A stretch of 63,873 bases of DNA, counting the filler, from Craspedostauros australis (Eukaryota), in the NCBI GenBank assembly GCA_030167865.1. It is 10 parts of 10 records of this genome, joined end to end, with 100 filler letters (N's around TTAATTAATTAA, not from the genome) between each part and the next. Parts side by side here need not be neighbours in the genome. Positions count along the whole stretch, not along the records: positions 50,492 to 63,873 come from JALAGF010005371.1; 9 more parts are not named here. One strand, 5' to 3'. Positions within the stretch are counted from its first letter, which is position 1; every line of letters starts with the position of its first letter. This document shows, piece by piece, positions 58,306 to 63,873 of the stretch. The notes beneath the pieces were generated by a model. The model was not told the origin of the DNA. It saw nothing but the letters and a program-made list of their open reading frames with translations, and did no database searches. Position numbers and translations under genes: made by a program.

Positions 58306-59158
58306 GGTCTATGCTCGTCGAGATTTGTTGTCGTTGTTATTGATAACTGTTGTTGTTGTTGTTGTTGTTGTTGTTGATGCTGTTGATGCTTTTCGATGAA
58401 CGATCGAATCAGTTGCTTCGTTGTGACGATGAACCGTGGGTGAGCCCTCTCAGCGTCTTGCTTCTGCGAGATCGAGGTTGACACTGCATCCCTATTCCTC
58501 CTCTTCCGCGCTTCTCGCTCTGACCCCCCACTTCAAGAATGTGACGCGAAACCGGGATCAAGATCACGGGCTCACGCGTCACAAAGGGCAACCCTTCCGC
58601 GAGGGACGCTGTCAATTGAAGCAACTGTCAAGCCATCGGCGCGCCTCAGTTGTCATCACCACCATGTGCTTCCCACCAACAGGCGCTGTGGGCTTCGCAT
58701 GCCTCTCATGGTGATCCTTTCAGACAGAGAAATACGGAGTTTCAGATCTTTTGTGAAGAGTTCTCATTTCACGCTTCACTCTCACTCCGCTCGTCGGACC
58801 AATCGTGGTGTGCACGACTCGGAGCTTCTCATTCGCCATCTCCGCTTCACACAAGTCCACCAATTTCGTTGGCGCAACGCACGCAAACAGAAGGACGCGT
58901 GGGAGGATCGATGCGTGTGTGCGCCAAGGGTGTCCGTCCTCGTGGCGCGCCAATGGGGCAACGACGCGCCGAAATGCGCGGCCTGCGGTTGCACACATTG
59001 TCGGGGCGTCCGTAAATCGCCTCCGAGGAAAGGAGCGCAGCCACATTGGCACATGGATGCAATTGGAGTGTGTAGATGAGTGTGGCCTGGGTGGCTACTT
59101 ATCCCGGTCGTGCGGGGGAGGAGCTTGGTGATCATTCTAGCTCGTGCGCGACCCTCTG

Positions 59159-61558
59159 CTACATTTTCAGAGACCTGTTCAGCTTCCTTCCGAATCGTTC
59201 AATGATGTTCAGATGCTGCGTCAGGCCGGAGCCAAGAATTGAATGCCCCGTCGATAACGTGTCGCCGATCCTCAGCAGCGGCGCATTCCCGATCCTCGCA
59301 TCCGTCTGCGCCGTTGGCGGGACGACCACGTCGCTGTAGATGTACGGCGTGTAGGTGTACAGGCTCGAGATGGGGAACGTGAAACCGGAGTGGCTGACGA
59401 AGAAGAGCAAGGTGTAGATGAGGTTGTTCTTCTTGAAGGCGTGTTTGGGAAGCATAGATGGGATTGGCAATTCTCGGACGGGCATGCCCTTGCTCTTCAA
59501 ATCTTGATAGATGTAGCTCAGCAGGTCATACTGATCGTCTGTGAGCCCGACCATCGCATCCATGGTTGAAAACGAGATCCAGGTCTCTTTCATAGCTTCG
59601 AAGACATCCGGACGGTATCCTACCGATGAATCCCATCCATTTGATAGAGCACAGTAATTGTCAGATACGAAGTCTTCGATTTGGTTGTAGTGCGTTTCAT
59701 TGCAGAGGGGGTGGTCGGACGTCATCAGTTCTCTCATGTACGCATGCCACGCAGAGTACAATCCTCGCTCCCGCCTCGCGTATCTGAAGTCCATAAGTTC
59801 CATCGTTCGCAGTCGATATGGATCGCCTTGCGGAGTGACGGGATACATGATAGTGCCTTGCACCGTTGTTTGGGTGGCGACCTTGGCGAGGAAGTTGAGA
59901 TCCTTGAGGGCGGAGTACTCCGTTTCCTCTACGTAGTACCACGGATATTCATCGTCCGCCTTGAGGTAGTTCATATCTGGTGCCCAATCAGACATTGTGA
60001 CCGATTGCGTTTCGCTTCTTGTGCTCATCTTGCGAGTGAACGACGACAGTGAGGTGGGCGGAGTCGCTTCAGGTTTCGCGGCCGACCGTTCCATCGTTTC
60101 CAGTCGGTGACCCGATGCATCGAACACGACGAGATTCGGGACGTCTTCCAGGAGATGACGATGCGTCCGGATGTCTTCGTACAAGAATTTGACGCCCAAA
60201 TCGCGATTGGAGATGAGCAGCAACGTCTCTATGATCATGAGCGGAAAGCTGACCTTTCTGTAGTCATCGTCGTCAAAGATGCTGTAGGTCTTGGTCTTCT
60301 CGTCAACCTTGCTCGTGTGCTCGGTCATGGGTCTTTCGCTGTTTCTGATTGTCAGTTGATCGAAGAACTTCACAATGCGCCGGTCGCCCTTGTTGAATGC
60401 GTTGAAAGCGAGGAACGTACACCAGTCCCTGGAGTACGCCATCTTGCGCCCGGGATGGTCCACCCGCTTCTCGAACATGAGGATACGAATGGACTCTTTC
60501 GCTTTAACATGATTGAGGACATTCGCGAGCTGCAATCCGACCGGTCCAGCACCGATGATGACGATGTTCAGCGTGTCATTCGTGAAATGCTGCTGGATGA
60601 CTTGTTCCGCCGTGTACTGTCGCACCGGTTCTATCTGGGATGCTTGCGACTGTAGTGTCTCTGATCCTGCCGTGGGCTCCGCGCCTTCATCGTTCGTTGC
60701 TGAGTCCGCATCTTTGCCCGCTGCACTCTCCACCCAAGCGTCAATACGGCTGTCTTCGAATTGCCTCCCATCGCGTGGACCGTCACAAACGTATCGCGAA
60801 TCCAATCGCACAGTGCAACGCGGCCCCTTGACGAGCTCAGATATCGTTCCCCAGCATCTGTCACTGAAGGTCGCGTCTTCAGTTGCATTGATCGATCGTG
60901 AACAGCGGTTGGTGATGGCATTGAAGTACCTGTCGATGGAAGCCTCTTTGTCCCAAATCAGCGGTTCCAAAACCTTCGAGGATCTCTTCGTTTCATTCGT
61001 CAATCTAGCCTCACCGTCGCCAAGCTCCTCCAAATACGGGAACCTCTTGCGCAAGCTGTCCTCCTGCTGATCCAACCCGACCTGAGCATCCGTTCTCGCG
61101 TCTAGCTCAGTCGCGACCATGCGATTCCATGATTGCGTGTGAATGTGAATCATCATGTCGGCTGCATCGCGGTACAGATCGATGAAGTCGTCAATGATCT
61201 TGGGCCAATCTTTGCCTGGCGTACTTCCAAAGACCCTCGCTGTCGCTTTGCCTTCCACCAATGGCGGTCCATCGCTTGCGGACTGTTTCCGAAGCTGCCC
61301 GTGGCCATCTTCGTCTTCGTCTTCCTGTATTCGTTCGCTCCCCAACAACGAACGAGTTGGGGGCGGAACCGCTGCGCTGGGTGCAACGTCGTCGTAGCCA
61401 CGTTCCGAAGCGATTGAGGCGGCGCTAAGAGAAGCATGCGAGGCGATCAGCACGCGTGTCGTCTGCAGTACGACGGCAACGGAGAGGCACTGGATCCACC
61501 AGCGTCGAGGCCAGCGCCTTGCTCCACATTTCTGACGAGCGGGCGGAATGATCGGCAT
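59159..61558 (-). CDS. N-anchored FAD-dependent oxidoreductase / monooxygenase-like protein (799 aa)
   Basis: N-terminal TM, IVIIGAGPVG...LMFEKR Rossmann motif, VVFDASG (DG motif), LLRIGDT (GD motif). Confidence 0.75.
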   Translation of the reverse strand: MPIIPPARQKCGARRWPRRWWIQCLSVAVVLQTTRVLIASHASLSAASIASERGYDDVAPSAAVPPPTRSLLGSERIQEDEDEDGHGQLRKQSASDGPPLVEGKATARVFGSTPGKDWPKIIDDFIDLYRDAADMMIHIHTQSWNRMVATELDARTDAQVGLDQQEDSLRKRFPYLEELGDGEARLTNETKRSSKVLEPLIWDKEASIDRYFNAITNRCSRSINATEDATFSDRCWGTISELVKGPRCTVRLDSRYVCDGPRDGRQFEDSRIDAWVESAAGKDADSATNDEGAEPTAGSETLQSQASQIEPVRQYTAEQVIQQHFTNDTLNIVIIGAGPVGLQLANVLNHVKAKESIRILMFEKRVDHPGRKMAYSRDWCTFLAFNAFNKGDRRIVKFFDQLTIRNSERPMTEHTSKVDEKTKTYSIFDDDDYRKVSFPLMIIETLLLISNRDLGVKFLYEDIRTHRHLLEDVPNLVVFDASGHRLETMERSAAKPEATPPTSLSSFTRKMSTRSETQSVTMSDWAPDMNYLKADDEYPWYYVEETEYSALKDLNFLAKVATQTTVQGTIMYPVTPQGDPYRLRTMELMDFRYARRERGLYSAWHAYMRELMTSDHPLCNETHYNQIEDFVSDNYCALSNGWDSSVGYRPDVFEAMKETWISFSTMDAMVGLTDDQYDLLSYIYQDLKSKGMPVRELPIPSMLPKHAFKKNNLIYTLLFFVSHSGFTFPISSLYTYTPYIYSDVVVPPTAQTDARIGNAPLLRIGDTLSTGHSILGSGLTQHLNIIERFGRKLNRSLKM

Positions 61559-62086
61559 GATAGGTATGATAGATATGATAGATATGATGGTACGATGAGT
61601 GGTCTGAGAATCTGTTGTCTTTGAGACTGGGATGCTCGGCGGAATTGAATTTCAGCTCATCGGTTGCTGAATTGTTCGCTGTGTTGTGGTTGTGACAACT
61701 CAATTGCTCTGTCCCAACGAAGAGAGAGAGAGGCAGCGATCTGTTTTGTGCGAGCTGTTGCGGCGGGAGTTGTACAACCTTGTCGTTCGTTGGGGTTGGC
61801 ATTGGTGCACATCAAACGCGCGCTTCCGGACAAAAACACTTATGAAAACGGTTAAATCAATTTCATCTGCACGAGTCATATCTTTTTTATTCGGCTCCAT
61901 CAAGCCAGTCGAGTTCGTGTTTTGCCCCTCAGATCATCCTCACTCATCCCTTCTCTTCTCGTCACATGTTCTTTCGCAAAGCACGGAAAGGGCACCATCA
62001 CATGAAAACCGCCAGAGTGGGAATGTGACCGCCGAAATACGAGCTATCATATTCTATTGTACTATCGAGGTGAATGGTACCATACG

Positions 62087-63873
62087 CTATGGTTGGTTAC
62101 TCACAGAACAGGCGCTCAACAAAGGGCCAGGACAATCACCAGCGCCACTGATGGTGTATGTCATAGTGTCGCCACCGCCGCAATCGTTCTGTATCAGACA
62201 TGCTTCACATGATGAATCACCCACGCAGGCTCCCTCCTTGATGACAATATCGTTGGCGATAGTTTCATTGCGGGCAACATCCTCGCATGCGCTTTCGCCA
62301 TCGCAAGCACCCTGTTCAATGAGCAAGCTTCCTTCAGTTTTGCTTCCCACAAATGCAGTCCTCGCATGTGCCCGCTGGCAAGCATATTCTCCGTGACATG
62401 CATTCTCCCCAACTGAAATGTCTGCCACGGTCGGTGATGTCGTATCACCCTGACTGTTGCGTCTGCCAAGAACGTCGCACGCATTCCTGCCATCGCAAGC
62501 CCCGCTCTTAATTCTCACATTGCCAAAGATATTAAGGCCAAGGTTATAGCAACTGCTTGACCCATAGCATGCCTTAGGTCCAATCACCCGGTAGCCGATC
62601 TTGACATCAGGGTGCGGGTCGTCGCGGATTCCGCCCAGTGAATCACAGGCCTCATCACCGACGCAACTCTCGATGATGATGGTATCAGGGGCCATCCCAT
62701 CGCAGTAGGCGCCATCCATACAGGAATTCTCACTAACGGTCGCCACACCAGGACGAAAAGTGCTGCAATCACGGGATCTTGTGCAACAGGCTGTGTCACA
62801 AGCCTCCCGCAATGGGCCCTCACTCCCAGTGAACAGTCTTGTGCCTTTAGCCACAGTTTTCACCAACAGCTCAGTCATGTCGCGGTCGTTCTTGATCTTG
62901 TCGAATCGGGCTTGAGCTTCCCCAATTGCCACGACCCCAGGAGTATCGTCATTGTTGCAACCAAAGATGCTCTTGATCATCCTATCTCCATTGCCAGGTA
63001 GACTTTCGACTGCGACAACGAAATCCGCGCATGCACCATCGCCATCACCACAGAGGACCTGATCAGATAGCGTGTTGAAAGTCGATGTCACATTCCCCGG
63101 ACCTTCGAGGCATCCAACCTCAAGTCCAGGCGTGGTGGTCGGAATGGGGGTAGGTTCGGACGACACAGTGGGAAGTGGGGTCGGAAAGAAGGTAGGACAC
63201 TCCGTTGGCAACGTGTCCTTACCAACGCAATACTCCTCCACCTTGTCACCCGTTGGAAGGAAGTTTGTGTCCCTGCCTCCCTTGGGACAGGCTCCCTCCG
63301 CATCACTGATCACATACACNNNNNNNNNNNNNNNNNNNNNNNNNNNNNNNNNNNNNNNNNNNNNNNNNNGTTGGAAGGAAGTTTGTGTCCCTGCCTCCCT
63401 TGGGACAGGCTCCCTCCGCATCACTGATCACATACACCGCATCATGATCACACTCCGACTTCGTCATACATGCCCAACAGCTCTGAACACCGCCGCACCC
63501 ACCAGGAGGGACGATGATATCCGTGCCCATCCTGTCATCAAAACCTATCTTCTCGCATGACCCATCGGCGGCGCAACCACCAGCACCGATGGTCAGGCTT
63601 CCTTCACGCTTGCCAGCGGAACCATGGTCCACAGTGGAATGGGCATCCTTGCAGGCATTGCTGCCAACGCAAGCATTCGGGCCAATATCGATGTGACTTC
63701 GATAGCGAAAGGATGATGCTGACTGTTTGACGCGGCGGCCAGCTGAGTAGCATGCTTTGGTACTGATGCACGCGCCAGTCTGGATGGTCACATCACCATG
63801 TGATCGATGTCCCACCCCCTCACAGGATTGCGTGCTGGTGCATGCGCCTTCACCAACGAACGTCACTCCGGTG
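62087..63873 (-). CDS. Cys-rich repeat surface protein, 3' part, two modules joined by a PT linker (runs off window)
   Basis: VGEGACTSTQSC, IGPNACVGSNAC, IKSGACDGRNAC, IEQGACDGESAC repeats, and PTFFPTPLPTVSSEPTP. Confidence 0.82.

Overview
Eukaryotic, almost certainly diatom (pennate-like) draft assembly. The window is not one locus. About ten scaffolds are joined by N-padded TTAATTAATTAA six-frame-stop linkers, and many internal N gaps are flanked by duplicated sequence. Contents in order: (1) a decayed CoDi-type Ty1/copia element (83-~8083, minus), whose RT is interrupted by an LTR-like end, next to a CpG-decayed PH+DUF547 pseudogene; (2) an intronless 1098-aa P-loop NTPase plus PD-(Q)xK nuclease-like ORF resembling Crinkler/RHS (CR) effectors; (3) a ~8.3 kb Ambal-like LINE (ORF1, APE, RT, RNase H, CCHC) preceded by degenerate CCCTAA telomeric repeats on its sense strand and bracketed by diverged direct repeats; (4) a secreted Cys-rich RXL protein; (5) a 181/182-bp satellite array with an internal hairpin; (6) a second copia element with chromo-integrase, in-frame gag-TGA-CAA-TCA-pol (read-through signature) and an apparent half-tRNA-Lys primer site, inserted in TM1 of a 7TM receptor gene; (7) decayed Harbinger and LINE fragments; (8) an ordinary gene-rich scaffold with GT8, GT61, two plastid-targeted proteins, a small spliced membrane protein missed by the ORF track, a membrane-anchored flavoprotein and a second Cys-rich protein. 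Best leads are the telomere-oriented LINE, the read-through/half-tRNA copia and the CR-type NTPase-nuclease. All family assignments come from motif recognition by eye, not database searches.
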